Origin: Auanema rhodensis
Taxonomy: Eukaryota > Animalia > Nematoda
DNA length: 64,000 nt
Direction: 5' to 3'
Assembly: GCA_964057225.1 (NCBI GenBank)
Contig: OZ059899.1
Span: 21,328,001 to 21,392,000, forward strand
Part shown: piece after piece, positions 25,947 through 40,600 of the stretch
Numbering within the stretch: the first letter of the stretch is position 1
How the letters are laid out: every line of letters begins with the position of its first letter
Position numbers and translations under genes: made by a program
Notes under the pieces: model-generated
What the model was told of the DNA's origin: nothing
Database searches by the model: none
The model's input: the letters and a program-made list of their open reading frames with translations, nothing else

Positions 25947-26948
25947 GAAGCGAGTTACATACCAAGTGCACATCACGTGTACATTTAATTAGCATAAATT
26001 AAAGTTCACGTAAATTTCAAAGTCATGGTTACCATGAACCAATATTAATAAAAATTTGTTTTTAGACTAATATGGACATGGGGAATCTAATTTTGATAAC
26101 CGCATCTCTTTATCTTTCACGTGAAGCGAGTTACATACCAAGTGCACATCACGTGTACATTTAATTAGCATAAATTAAAGTTCACGTAAATTTCAAAGTC
26201 ATAGTTACCATGCACCAATATCAATAAAAATTTGTTTTTAGACTAATATGGACATGGCGAATCTAATTTTGAAAACCGCATCTCTTTATTTTTCACGTGA
26301 AGCGAGTTACATACCAAGTGCACATCACGTGTACATTTAATTAGCATAAATTAAAGTTCACGTAAATTTCAAAGTCATGGTTACCATGAACCAATATCAA
26401 TAAAAATTTGTTTTCAGACTAATATGGACATGGGAAATCTAATTTTGAAAACCGCATCTCTTTATCTTTCACGTGAAGCGAGTTACATACCAAGTGCACT
26501 TCACGTGTACATTTAATTAGCATAAATTAAAGTTCACGTAAATTTCAAAGTCATGGTTACCAAGCACCAATATCAATAAAAATTTGTTTTTAGACTAATA
26601 TGGACATGGGGAATCTAATTTTGAAAACCGCATCTCTTTATCTTTCACGTGAAGCGAGTTACATACCAAGTGCACTTCACGTGTACATTTAATTAGCATA
26701 AATTAAAGTTCACGTAAATTTCAAAGTCATGGTTACCATGCACCAATATCAATAAAAATTTGTTTTTAGACTAATATGGACATGGGGAATCTAATTTCGA
26801 AAACCGCATCTCTTTATCTTTCACGTGAAGCGAGTTACATACCAAGTGCACATCACGTGTACATTTAATTAGCATAAATTAAAGTTCACGTAAATTTCAA
26901 AGTCATGGTTACCATGCACCAATATCAATAAAAATTTGTTTTTAGACT
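25947..26948. repeat. SatB island 6 (5.7 monomers, 1002 bp)
   Basis: Same diagnostic variants as island 3. Confidence 0.98.
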
Positions 26949-26951
26949 GAG

Positions 26952-29900
26952 TTTTAAGCTAGCGCAAATCTGATAACACAGATCGACGCAGCTTAAAAAT
27001 CCCCATCGAATGCACTATACTACATTAAGAAACGCTTAATTCAAAAAATTAGTTATGATCGTTTGAAAAATGATGCCTTAGTGTATGTTGAGTTTCCATG
27101 TACACTCAACATTGCTTGCAAAAACATTTTGACAAAAATGTTTTCGAAAAATTTCAAAATAATTTAGCAAAAAGTAGATGTTTTTAGATTCCTTTTTTCA
27201 AGGCAAAGACGATGGACAATGTTATTCAACGAAAAAATTAATTCTTCAGGGTGAAAATCGAGGATATATGTGTGAACTTATATCAGTTGATATCTCGGTG
27301 CATTTTTAAGCTAGCGCAAATCTGATAACACAGATCGACGCAGCTTAAAAATCCGCATCGAATGCACTATACTACATTGAGAAACGCTTAATACAAAAAT
27401 TAGTTATGATCGTTTGAAAAATGATGCATTAGTGTATGTTGAGTTTCCATGTACACTCAACATTGCTTCCAAAAACATTTTGACAAAAATTTTTTCGAAA
27501 AATTTCAAATTAATTTAGCAAAAAGTAGATGTTTTTAGATTCCTTTTTTCAAGGCAAAGACGATGGACAATGTTATTCAACAAAAAAATTAATTCTTCAG
27601 GGTGAAAATCGAGGATATATGTGTGAACTTATATCAGTTGATATCTCGGTGCATTTTTAAGCTAGCGCAAATCTGATAACACAGATCGACGCAGCTTAAA
27701 AATCCGCATCGAATGCACTATACTACATTGAGAAACGCTTAATACAAAAATTAGTTATGATCGTTTGAAAAATGATGCATTAGTGTATGTTGAGTTTCCA
27801 TGTACACTAACATTGCTTCCAAAAACATTTTGACAAAAATTTTTTCAAAAAATTTCAAAATAATTTAGCAAAAAGTAGATGTTTTTAGATTCCTTCTTTC
27901 AAGGCAAAGACGATGGACAATGTTATTCAACAAAAAAATTAATTCTTCAGGGTGAAAATCGAGGATATATGTGTGAACTTATATCAGTTGATATCTCGGT
28001 GCATTTTCAAGCTAGCGCAAATCTGATAACACAGATCGACGCAGCTTAAAAATCCGCATCGAATGCACTATACTACATTGAGAAACGCTTAATACAAAAA
28101 TTAGTTATGATCGTTTGAAAAATGATGCATTAGTGTATGTTGAGTTTCCATGTACACTCAACATTGCTTCCAAAAACATTTTGACAAAAATTTTTTCGAA
28201 AAATTTCAAATTAATTTAGCAAAAAGTAGATGTTTTTAGATTCCTTTTTTCAAAGCAAAGACGATGGACAATGTTATTCAACAAAAAAATTAATTCTTCA
28301 GGGTGAAAATCGAGGATATATGTGTGAACTTATATCAGTTGATATCTCGGTGCATTTTTAAGCTAGCGCAAATCTGATAACACAGATCGACGCAGCTTAA
28401 AAATCCGCATCGAATGCACTATACTACATTGAGAAACGCTTAATACAAAAATTAGTTATGATCGTTTGAAAAATGATGCATTAGTGTATGTTGAGTTTCC
28501 ATGTACACTAACATTGCTTCCAAAAACATTTTGACAAAAATTTTTTCAAAAAATTTCAAAATAATTTAGCAAAAAGTAGATGTTTTTAGATTCCTTTTTT
28601 CAAGGCGAAGACGATGGACAATGTTATTCAACGAAAAAATTAATTCTTCAGGGTGAAAATCGAGGATATAAGTGTGAACTTATATCAGTTGATATCTCGG
28701 TGCATTTTTAAGCTAGCGCAAATCTGATAACACAGATCGACGTAGCTTAAAAATCCCCATCGAATGCACTATACTACATTGAGAAACGCTTAATACAAAA
28801 ATTAGTTATGATCGTTTGAAAAATGATGCATTAGTGTATGTTGAGTTTCCATGTACACTCAACATTGCTTCCAAAAACATTTTGACAAAAATTTTTTCGA
28901 AAAATTTCAAAATAATTTAGCAAAAAGTAGATGTTTTTAGATTCCTTTTTTCAAGGCAAAGACGATGGACAATGTTATTCAACGAAAAAATTAATTCTTC
29001 AGGGTGAAAATCGAGGATATATGTGTGAACTTATATCAGTTGATATCTCGGTGCATTTTTAAGCTAGCGCAAATCTGATAACACAGATCGACGCAGCTTA
29101 AAAATCCGCATCGAATGCACTATACTACATTGAGAAACGCTTAATACAAAAATTAGTTATGATCGTTTGAAAAATGATGCATTAGTGTTTGTTGAGTTTC
29201 CATGTACACTCAACATTGCTTCCAAAAACATTTTGACAAAAATTTTTTCAAAAAATTTCAAAATAATTTAGCAAAAAGTAGATGTTTTTAGATTCCTTTT
29301 CTCAAGGCAAAGACGATGGACAATGTTATTCAACGAAAAAATTAATTCTTCAGGGTGAAAATCGAGGATATATGTGTGAACTTATATCAGTTGATATCTC
29401 GGTGCATTTTTAAGCTAGCGCAAATCTGATAACACAGATCGACGCAGCTTAAAAATCCGCATCGAATGCACTATACTACATTGAGAAACGCTTAATACAA
29501 AAATTAGTTATGATCGTTTGAAAAATGATGCCTTAGTGTATGTTGAGTTTCCATGTACACTCAACATTGCTTCCAAAAACATTTTGACAAAAATTTTTTC
29601 GAAAAATTTCAAAATAATTTAGCAAAAAGTAGATGTTTTTAGATTCCTTTTTTCAAGGCAAAGACGATGGACAATGTTATTCAACGAAAAAATTAATTCT
29701 TCAGGGTGAAAATCGAGGATATATGTGTGAACTTATATCAGTTGATATCTCGGCGCATTTTTAAGCTAGCGCAAATCTGATAACACAGATCGACGTAGCT
29801 TAAAAATCCCCATCGAATGCACTATACTACATTGAGAAACGCTTAATACAAAAATTAGCTATGATCGTTTGAAAAATGATGCATTAGTGTATGTTGAGTT

Positions 29901-30631
29901 TCCATGTACACTCAACATTGCTTCCAAAAACATTTTGACAAAAATTTTTTCGAAAAATTTCAAAATAATTTAGCAAAAAGTAGATGTTTTTAGATTCCTT
30001 TTTTCAAGGCAAAGACGATGGACAATGTTATTCAACGAAAAAATTAATTCTTCAGGGTGAAAATCGAGGATATATGTGTGAACTTATATCAGTTGATATC
30101 TCGGTGCATTTTTAAGCTAGCGCAAATCTGATAACACAGATCGACGCAGCTTAAAAATCCGCATCGAATGCACTATACTACATTGAGAAACGCTTAATAC
30201 AAAAATTAGTTATGATCGTTTGAAAAATGATGCATTAGTGTATGTTGAGTTTCCATGTACACTCAACATTGCTTCCAAAAACATTTTGACAAAAATTTTT
30301 TCAAAAAATTTCAAAATAATTTAGCAAAAAGTAGATGTTTTTAGATTCCTTTTTTCAAGGCAAAGACGATGGACAATGTTATTCAACAAAAAAATTAATT
30401 CTTCAGGGTGAAAATCGAGGATATAAGTGTGAACTTATATCAGTTGATATCTCGGTGCATTTTTAAGCTAGCGCAAATCTAATAATACAGATCGACGCAG
30501 CTTAAAAATCCGCATCGAATGCACTATACTCATTGAGAAACGCTTGATACAAAAATTAGTTATGATCGTTTGAAAAATGATGCATTAGTGTATGTTGAGT
30601 TTCCATGTACACTCAACATTGCTTCCAAAAA
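26952..30631. repeat. SatA 351-bp satellite, ~10.5 monomers
   Basis: Continuous 351-bp period. Confidence 0.98.
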
Positions 30632-31633
30632 GAAGCGAGTTACATACCAAGTGCACATCACGTGTACATTTAATTAGCATAAATTAAAGTTCACGTAAAT
30701 TTCAAAGTCATGGTTACCATGAACCAATATTAATAAAAATTTGTTTTTAGACTAATATGGACATGGGGAATCTAATTTTGATAACCGCATCTCTTTATCT
30801 TTCACGTGAAGCGAGTTACATACCAAGTGCACATCACGTGTACATTTAATTAGCATAAATTAAAGTTCACGTAAATTTCAAAGTCATGGTTACCATGCAC
30901 CAATATCAATAAAAATTTGTTTTTAGACTAATATGGACATGGCGAATCTAATTTTGAAAACCGCATCTCTTTATTTTTCACGTGAAGCGAGTTACATACC
31001 AAGTGCACATCACGTGTACATTTAATTAGCATAAATTAAAGTTCACGTAAATTTCAAAGTCATGGTTACCATGAACCAATATCAATAAAAATTTGTTTTC
31101 AGACTAATATGGACATGGGGAATCTAATTTTGAAAACCGCATCTCTTTATCTTTCACGTGAAGCGAGTTACATACCAAGTGCACTTCACGTGTACATTTA
31201 ATTAGCATAAATTAAAGTTCACGTAAATTTCAAAGTCATGGTTACCATGCACCAATATCAATGAAAATTTGTTTTTAGACTAATATGGACATGGGGAATC
31301 TAATTTTGAAAACCGCATCTCTTTATCTTTCACGTGAAGCGAGTTACATACCAAGTGCACTTCACGTGTACATTTAATTAGCATAAATTAAAGTTCACGT
31401 AAATTTCAAAGTCATGGTTACCATGCACCAATATCAATAAAAATTTGTTTTTAGACTAATATGGACATGGGGAATCTAATTTCGAAAACCGCATCTCTTT
31501 ATCTTTCACGTGAAGCGAGTTACATACCAAGTGCACATCACGTGTACATTTAATTAGCATAAATTAAAGTTCACGTAAATTTCAAAGTCATGGTTACCAT
31601 GCACCAATATCAATAAAAATTTGTTTTTAGACT
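30632..31633. repeat. SatB island 7 (5.7 monomers, 1002 bp)
   Basis: Same junctions. Has AATATTAAT but lacks the other island 3/5/6 variants. Confidence 0.98.
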
Positions 31634-31636
31634 GAG

Positions 31637-34600
31637 TTTTAAGCTAGCGCAAATCTGATAACACAGATCGACGCAGCTTAAAAATCCCCATCGAATGCAC
31701 TATACTACATTGAGAAACGCTTAATTCAAAAAATTAGTTATGATCGTTTGAAAAATGATGCCTTAGTGTATGTTGAGTTTCCATGTACACTCAACATTGC
31801 TTCCAAAAACATTTTGACAAAAATGTTTTCGAAAAATTTCAAAATAATTTAGCAAAAAGTAGATGTTTTTAGATTCCTTTTTTCAAGGCAAAGACGATGG
31901 ACAATGTTATTCAACGAAAAAATTAATTCTTCAGGGTGAAAATCGAGGATATATGTGTGAACTTATATCAGTTGATATCTCGGTGCATTTTTAAGCTAGC
32001 GCAAATCTGATAACACAGATCGACGCAGCTTAAAAATCCGCATCGAATGCACTATACTACATTGAGAAACGCTTAATACAAAAATTAGTTATGATCGTTT
32101 GAAAAATGATGCATTAGTGTATGTTGAGTTTCCATGTACACTCAACATTGCTTCCAAAAACATTTTGACAAAAATTTTTTCGAAAAATTTCAAATTAATT
32201 TAGCAAAAAGTAGATGTTTTTAGATTCCTTTTTTCAAGGCAAAGACGATGGACAATGTTATTCAACAAAAAAATTAATTCTTCAGGGTGAAAATCGAGGA
32301 TATATGTGTGAACTTATATCAGTTGATATCTCGGTGCATTTTTAAGCTAGCGCAAATCTGATAACACAGATCGACGCAGCTTAAAAATCCGCATCGAATG
32401 CACTATACTACATTGAGAAACGCTTAATACAAAAATTAGTTATGATCGTTTGAAAAATGATGCATTAGTGTATGTTGAGTTTCCATGTACACTAATATTG
32501 CTTCCAAAAACATTTTGACAAAAATTTTTTCAAAAAATTTCAAAATAATTTAGCAAAAAGTAGATGTTTTTAGATTCCTTTTTTCAAGGCAAAGACGATG
32601 GACAATGTTATTCAACAAAAAAATTAATTCTTCAGGGTGAAAATCGAGGATATATGTGTGAACTTATATCAGTTGATATCTCGGTGCATTTTCAAGCTAG
32701 CGCAAATCTGATAACACAGATCGACGCAGCTTAAAAATCCGCATCGAATGCACTATACTACATTGAGAAACGCTTAATACAAAAATTAGTTATGATCGTT
32801 TGAAAAATGATGCATTAGTGTATGTTGAGTTTCCATGTACACTCAACATTGCTTCCAAAAACATTTTGACAAAAATTTTTTCGAAAAATTTCAAATTAAT
32901 TTAGCAAAAAGTAGATGTTTTTAGATTCCTTTTTTCAAGGCAAAGACGATGGACAATGTTATTCAACAAAAAAATTAATTCTTCAGGGTGAAAATCGAGG
33001 ATATATGTGTGAACTTATATCAGTTGATATCTCGGTGCATTTTCAAGCTAGCGCAAATCTGATAACACAGATCGACGCAGCTTAAAAATCCGCATCGAAT
33101 GCACTATACTACATTGAGAAACGCTTAATACAAAAATTAGTTATGATCGTTTGAAAAATGATGCATTAGTGTATGTTGAGTTTCCATGTACACTCAACAT
33201 TGCTTCCAAAAACATTTTGACAAAAATTTTTTCGAAAAATTTCAAATTAATTTAGCAAAAAGTAGATGTTTTTAGATTCCTTTTTTCAAGGCAAAGACGA
33301 TGGACAATGTTATTCAACAAAAAAATTAATTCTTCAGGGTGAAAATCGAGGATATATGTGTGAACTTATATCAGTTGATATCTCGGTGCATTTTTAAGCT
33401 AGCGCAAATCTGATAACACAGATCGACGCAGCTTAAAAATCCGCATCGAATGCACTATACTACATTGAGAAACGCTTAATACAAAAATTAGTTATGATCG
33501 TTTGAAAAATGATGCATTAGTGTATGTTGAGTTTCCATGTACACTAACATTGCTTCCAAAAACATTTTGACAAAAATTTTTTCAAAAAATTTCAAAATAA
33601 TTTAGCAAAAAGTAGATGTTTTTAGATTCCTTTTTTCAAGGCGAAGACGATGGACAATGTTATTCAACGAAAAAATTAATTCTTCAGGGTGAAAATCGAG
33701 GATATAAGTGTGAACTTATATCAGTTGATATCTCGGTGCATTTTTAAGCTAGCGCAAATCTGATAACACAGATCGACGTAGCTTAAAAATCCCCATCGAA
33801 TGCACTATACTACATTGAGAAACGCTTAATACAAAAATTAGTTATGATCGTTTGAAAAATGATGCATTAGTGTATGTTGAGTTTCCATGTACACTCAACA
33901 TTGCTTCCAAAAACATTTTGACAAAAATTTTTTCGAAAAATTTCAAAATAATTTAGCAAGAAGTAGATGTTTTTAGATTCCTTTTTTCAAGGCGAAGACG
34001 ATGGACAATGTTATTCAACGAAAAAATTAATTCTTCAGGGTGAAAATCGAGGATATATGTGTGAACTTATATCAGTTGATATCTCGGTGCATTTTTAAGC
34101 TAGCGCAAATCTGATAACACAGATCGACGCAGCTTAAAAATCCGCATCGAATGCACTATACTACATTGAGAAACGCTTAATACAAAAATTAGTTATGATC
34201 GTTTGAAAAATGATGCATTAGTGTATGTTGAGTTTCCATGTACACTCAACATTGCTTCCAAAAACATTTTGACAAAAATTTTTTCAAAAAATTTCAAAAT
34301 AATTTAGCAAAAAGTAGATGTTTTTAGATTCCTTTTTTCAAGGCAAAGACGATGGACAATGTTATTCAACGAAAAAATTAATTCTTCAGGGTGAAAATCG
34401 AGGATATATGTGTGAACTTATATCAGTTGATATCTCGGTGCATTTTTAAGCTAGCGCAAATCTGATAACACAGATCGACGCAGCTTAAAAATCCGCATCG
34501 AATGCACTATACTACATTGAGAAACGCTTAATACAAAAATTAGTTATGATCGTTTGAAAAATGATGCCTTAGTGTATGTTGAGTTTCCATGTACACTCAA

Positions 34601-37600
34601 CATTGCTTCCAAAAACATTTTGACAAAAATTTTTTCGAAAAATTTCAAAATAATTTAGCAAAAAGTAGATGTTTTTAGATTCCTTTTTTCAAGGCAAAGA
34701 CGATGGACAATGTTATTCAACGAAAAAAATAATTCTTCAGGGTGAAAATCGAGGATATATGTGTGAACTTATATCAGTTGATATCTCGGTGCATTTTTAA
34801 GCTAGCGCAAATCTGATAACACAGATCGACGCAGCTTAAAAATCCCCATCGAATGCACAATACTACATTGAGAAACGCTTAATACAAAAATTAGTTATGA
34901 TCGTTTGAAAAATGATGCCTTAGTGTATGTTGAGTTTCCATGTACACTCAACATTGCTTCCAAAAACATTTTGACAAAAATTTTTTCGAAAAATTTCAAA
35001 ATAATTTAGCAAAAATTAGATGTTTTTAGATTCCTTTTTTCAAGGCAAAGACGATGGACAATGTTATTCAACGAAAAAATTAATTCTTCAGGGTGAAAAT
35101 CGAGGATATATGTGTGAACTTATATCAGTTGATATCTCGGTGCATTTTTAAGCTAGCGCAAATCTGATAACACAGATCGACGCAGCTTAAAAATCCGCAT
35201 CAAATGCACTATACTACATTGAGAAACGCTTAATACAAAAATTAGTTATGATCGTTTGAAAAATGATGCCTTAGTGTATGTTGAGTTTCCATGTACACTC
35301 AACATTGCTTCCAAAAACATTTTGACAAAAATTTTTTCAAAAAATTTCAAGATAATTTAGCGAAAAGTAGATGTTTTTAGATTCCTTTTTTCAAGGCGAA
35401 GACGATGGACAATGTTATTCAACGAAAAAATTAATTCTTCAGGGTGAAAATCGAGGATATAAGTGTGAACTTATATCAGTTGATATCTCGGTGCATTTTT
35501 AAGCTAGCGCAAATCTGATAACACAGATCGACGCAGCTTAAAAATCCCCATCGAATGCACTATACTACATTGAGAAACGCTTAATTCAAAAAATTAGTTA
35601 TGATCGTTTGAAAAATGATGCCTTAGTGTATGTTGAGTTTCCATGTACACTCAACATTGCTTCTAAAAACATTTTGACAAAAATTTTTTCGAAAAATTTC
35701 AAAATAATTTAGCAAAAAGTAGATGTTTTTAGATTCCTGTTTTCAAGGCAAAGACGATGGACAATGTTATTCAACGAAAAAATTAATTCTTCAGGGTGAA
35801 AATCGAGGATATATGTGTGAACTTATATCAGTTGATATCTCGGTGCATTTTTAAGCTAGCGCAAATCTGATAACACAGATCGACGCAGCTTAAAAATCCG
35901 CATCGAATGCACTATACTACATTGAGAAACGCTTAATACAAAAATTAGTTATGATCGTTTGAAAAATGATGCCTTAGTGTATGTTAAGTTTCCATGTACA
36001 CTCAACATTGCTTCCAAAAACATTTTGACAAAAATTTTTTCGAAAAATTTCAAAATAATTTAGCAAAAAGTAGATGTTTTTAGATTCCTTTTTTCAAGGC
36101 AAAGACGATGGACAATGTTATTCAACAAAAAAATTAATTCTTCAGGGTGAAAATCGAGGATATATGTGTGAACTTATATCAGTTGATATCTCGGTGCATT
36201 TTTAAGCTAGCGCAAATCTGATAACACAGATCGACGCAGCTTGAAAATCCGCATCGAATGCACTATACTACATTGAGAAACGCTTAATACAAAAATTAGT
36301 TATGATCGTTTGAAAAATGATGCCTTAGTGTATGTTGAGTTTCCATGTACACTCAACATTGCTTCCAAAAACATTTTGACAAAAATTTTTTCGAAAAATT
36401 TCAAAATAATTTAGCAAAAAGTAGATGTTTTTAGATTCCTTTTTTCAAGGCAAAGACGATGGACAATGTTATTCAACGAAAAAATTAATTCTTCAGGGTG
36501 AAAATCGAGGATATATGTGTGAACTTATATCAGTTGATATCTCGGTGCATTTTTAAGCTAGCGCAAATCTGATAACACAGATCGACGCAGCTTAAAAATC
36601 CCCATCGAATGCACAATACTACATTGAGAAACGCTTAATACAAAAATTAGTTATGATCGTTTGAAAAATGATGCCTTAGTGTATGTTGAGTTTCCATGTA
36701 CACTCAACATTGCTTCCAAAAACATTTTGACAAAAATTTTTTCAAAAAATTTCAAAATAATTTAGCAAAAAGTAGATGTTTTTAGATTCCTTTTTTCAAG
36801 GCAAAGACGATGGACAATGTTATTCAACGAAAAAATTAATTCTTCAGGGTGAAAATCGAGGATATAAGTGTGAACTTATATCAGTTGATATCTCGGTGCA
36901 TTTTTAAGCTAGCGCAAATCTGATAACACAGATCGACGCAGCTTAAAAATCCCCATCGAATGCACTATACTACATTGAGAAACGCTTAATTCAAAAAATT
37001 AGTTATGATCGTTTGAAAAATGATGCCTTAGTGTATGTTGAGTTTCCATGTACACTCAACATTGCTTCCAAAAACATTTTGACAAAAATTTTTTCGAAAA
37101 ATTTCAAAATAATTTAGCAAAAAGTAGATGTTTTTAGATTCCTTTTTTCAAGGCAAAGACGATGGACAATGTTATTCAACGAAAAAATTAATTCTTCAGG
37201 GTGAAAATCGAGGATATATGTGTGAACTTATATCAGTTGATATCTCGGTGCATTTTTAAGCTAGCGCAAATCTGATAACACAGATCGACGCAGCTTAAAA
37301 ATCCGCATCGAATGCACTATACTACATTGAGAAACGCTTAATACAAAAATTAGTTATGATCGTTTGAAAAATGATGCCTTAGTGTATGTTAAGTTTCCAT
37401 GTACACTCAACATTGCTTCCAAAAACATTTTGACAAAAATTTTTTCGAAAAATTTCAAAATAATTTAGCAAAAAGTAGATGTTTTTAGATTCCTTTTTTC
37501 AAGGCAAAGACGATGGACAATGTTATTCAACAAAAAAATTAATTCTTCAGGGTGAAAATCGAGGATATATGTGTGAACTTATATCAGTTGATATCTCGGT

Positions 37601-40600
37601 GCATTTTTAAGCTAGCGCAAATCTGATAACACAGATCGACGCAGCTTAAAAATCCGCATCGAATGCACTATACTACATTGAGAAACGCTTAATACAAAAA
37701 TTAGTTATGATCGTTTGAAAAATGATGCATTAGTGTATGTTGAGTTTCCATGTACACTCAACATTGCTTCCAAAAACATTTTGACAAAAATTTTTTCAAA
37801 AAATTTCAAAATAATTTAGCAAAAAGTAGATGTTTTTAGATTCCTTTTTTCAAGGCGAAGACGATGGACAATGTTATTCAACGAAAAAATTAATTCTTCA
37901 GGGTGAAAATCGAGGATATATGTGTGAACTTATATCAGTTGATATCTCGGTGCATTTTTAAGCTAGCGCAAATCTGATAACACAGATCGACGCAGCTTAA
38001 AAATCCCCATCGAATGCACTATACTACATTGAGAAACGCTTAATTCAAAAAATTAGTTATGATCGTTTGAAAAATGATGCCTTAGTGTATGTTGAGTTTC
38101 CATGTACACTCAACATTGCTTCCAAAAACATTTTGACAAAAATGTTTTCGAAAAATTTCAAAATAATTTAGCAAAAAGTAGATGTTTTTAGATTCCTTTT
38201 TTCAAGGCAAAGACGATGGACAATGTTATTCAACGAAAAAATTAATTCTTCAGGGTGAAAATCGAGGATATATGTGTGAACTTATATCAGTTGATATCTC
38301 GGTGCATTTTTAAGCTAGCGCAAATCTGATAACACAGATCGACGCAGCTTAAAAATCCGCATCGAATGCACTATACTACATTGAGAAACGCTTAATACAA
38401 AAATTAGTTATGATCGTTTGAAAAATGATGCATTAGTGTATGTTGAGTTTCCATATACACTCAACATTGCTTCCAAAAACATTTTGACAAAAATTTTTTC
38501 AAAAAATTTCAAAATAATTTAGCAAAAAGTAGATGTTTTTAGATTCCTTTTTTCAAGGCGAAGACGATGGACAATGTTATTCAACGAAAAAATTAATTCT
38601 TCAGGGTGAAAATCGAGGATATAAGTGTGAACTTATATCAGTTGATATCTCGGTGCATTTTTAAGCTAGCGCAAATCTGATAACACAGATCGACGCAGCT
38701 TAAAAATCCCCATCGAATGCACTATACTACATTGAGAAACGCTTAATTCAAAAAATTAGTTATGATCGTTTGAAAAATGATGCCTTAGTGTATGTTGAGT
38801 TTCCATGTACACTCAACATTGCTTCCAAAAACATTTTGACAAAAATGTTTTCGAAAAATTTCAAAATAATTTAGCAAAAAGTAGATGTTTTTAGATTCCT
38901 TTTTTCAAGGCAAAGACGATGGACAATGTTATTCAACGAAAAAATTAATTCTTCAGGGTGAAAATCGAGGATATATGTGTGAACTTATATCAGTTGATAT
39001 CTCGGTGCATTTTTAAGCTAGCGCAAATCTGATAACACAGATCGACGCAGCTTAAAAATCCGCATCGAATGCACTATACTACATTGAGAAACGCTTAATA
39101 CAAAAATTAGTTATGATCGTTTGAAAAATGATGCATTAGTGTATGTTGAGTTTCCATGTACACTCAACATTGCTTCCAAAAACATTTTGACAAAAATGTT
39201 TTCAAAAAATTTCAAAATAATTTAGCAAAAAGTAGATGTTTTTAGATTCCTTTTTTCAAGGCAAAGACGATGGACAATGTTATTCAACGAAAAAATTAAT
39301 TCTTCAGGGTGAAAATCGAGGATATAAGTGTGAACTTATATCAGTTGATATCTCGGTGCATTTTTAAGCTAGCGCAAATCTGATAACACAGATCGACGCA
39401 GCTTAAAAATCCCCATCGAATGCACTATACTACATTGAGAAACGCTTAATTCAAAAAATTAGTTATGATCGTTTGAAAAATGATGCCTTAGTGTATGTTG
39501 AGTTTCCATGTACACTCAACATTGCTTCCAAAAACATTTTGACAAAAATTTTTTCGAAAAATTTCAAAATAATTTAGCAAAAAGTAGATGTTTTTAGATT
39601 CCTTTTTTCAAGGCAAAGACGATGGACAATGTTATTCAACGAGAAAATTAATTCTTCAGGGTGAAAATCGAGGATATATGTGTGAACTTATATCAGTTGA
39701 TATCTCGGTGCATTTTTAAGCTAGCGCAAATCTGATAACACAGATCGACGCAGCTTAAAAATCCGCATCGAATGCACTATACTACATTGAGAAACGCTTA
39801 ATACAAAAATTAGTTATGATCGTTTGAAAAATGATGCCTTAGTGTATGTTAAGTTTCCATGTACACTCAACATTGCTTCCAAAAACATTTTGACAAAAAT
39901 TTTTTCGAAAAATTTCAAAATAATTTAGCAAAAAGTAGATGTTTTTAGATTCCTTTTTTCAAGGCAAAGACGATGGACAATGTTATTCAACAAAAAAATT
40001 AATTCTTCAGGGTGAAAATCGAGGATATATGTGTGAACTTATATCAGTTGATATCTCGGTGCATTTTTAAGCTAGCGCAAATCTGATAACACAGATCGAC
40101 GCAGCTTAAAAATCCGCATCGAATGCACTATACTACATTGAGAAACGCTTAATACAAAAATTAGTTATGATCGTTTGAAAAATGATGCATTAGTGTATGT
40201 TGAGTTTCCATGTACACTCAACATTGCTTCCAAAAACATTTTGACAAAAATTTTTTCAAAAAATTTCAAAATAATTTAGCAAAAAGTAGATGTTTTTAGA
40301 TTCCTTTTTTCAAGGCGAAGACGATGGACAATGTTATTCAACGAAAAAATTAATTCTTCAGGGTGAAAATCGAGGATATAAGTGTGAACTTATATCAGTT
40401 GATATCTCGGTGCATTTTTAAGCTAGCGCAAATCTGATAACACAGATCGACGCAGCTTAAAAATCCCCATCGAATGCACTATACTACATTGAGAAACGCT
40501 TAATTCAAAAAATTAGTTATGATCGTTTGAAAAATGATGCCTTAGTGTATGTTGAGTTTCCATGTACACTCAACATTGCTTCCAAAAACATTTTGACAAA

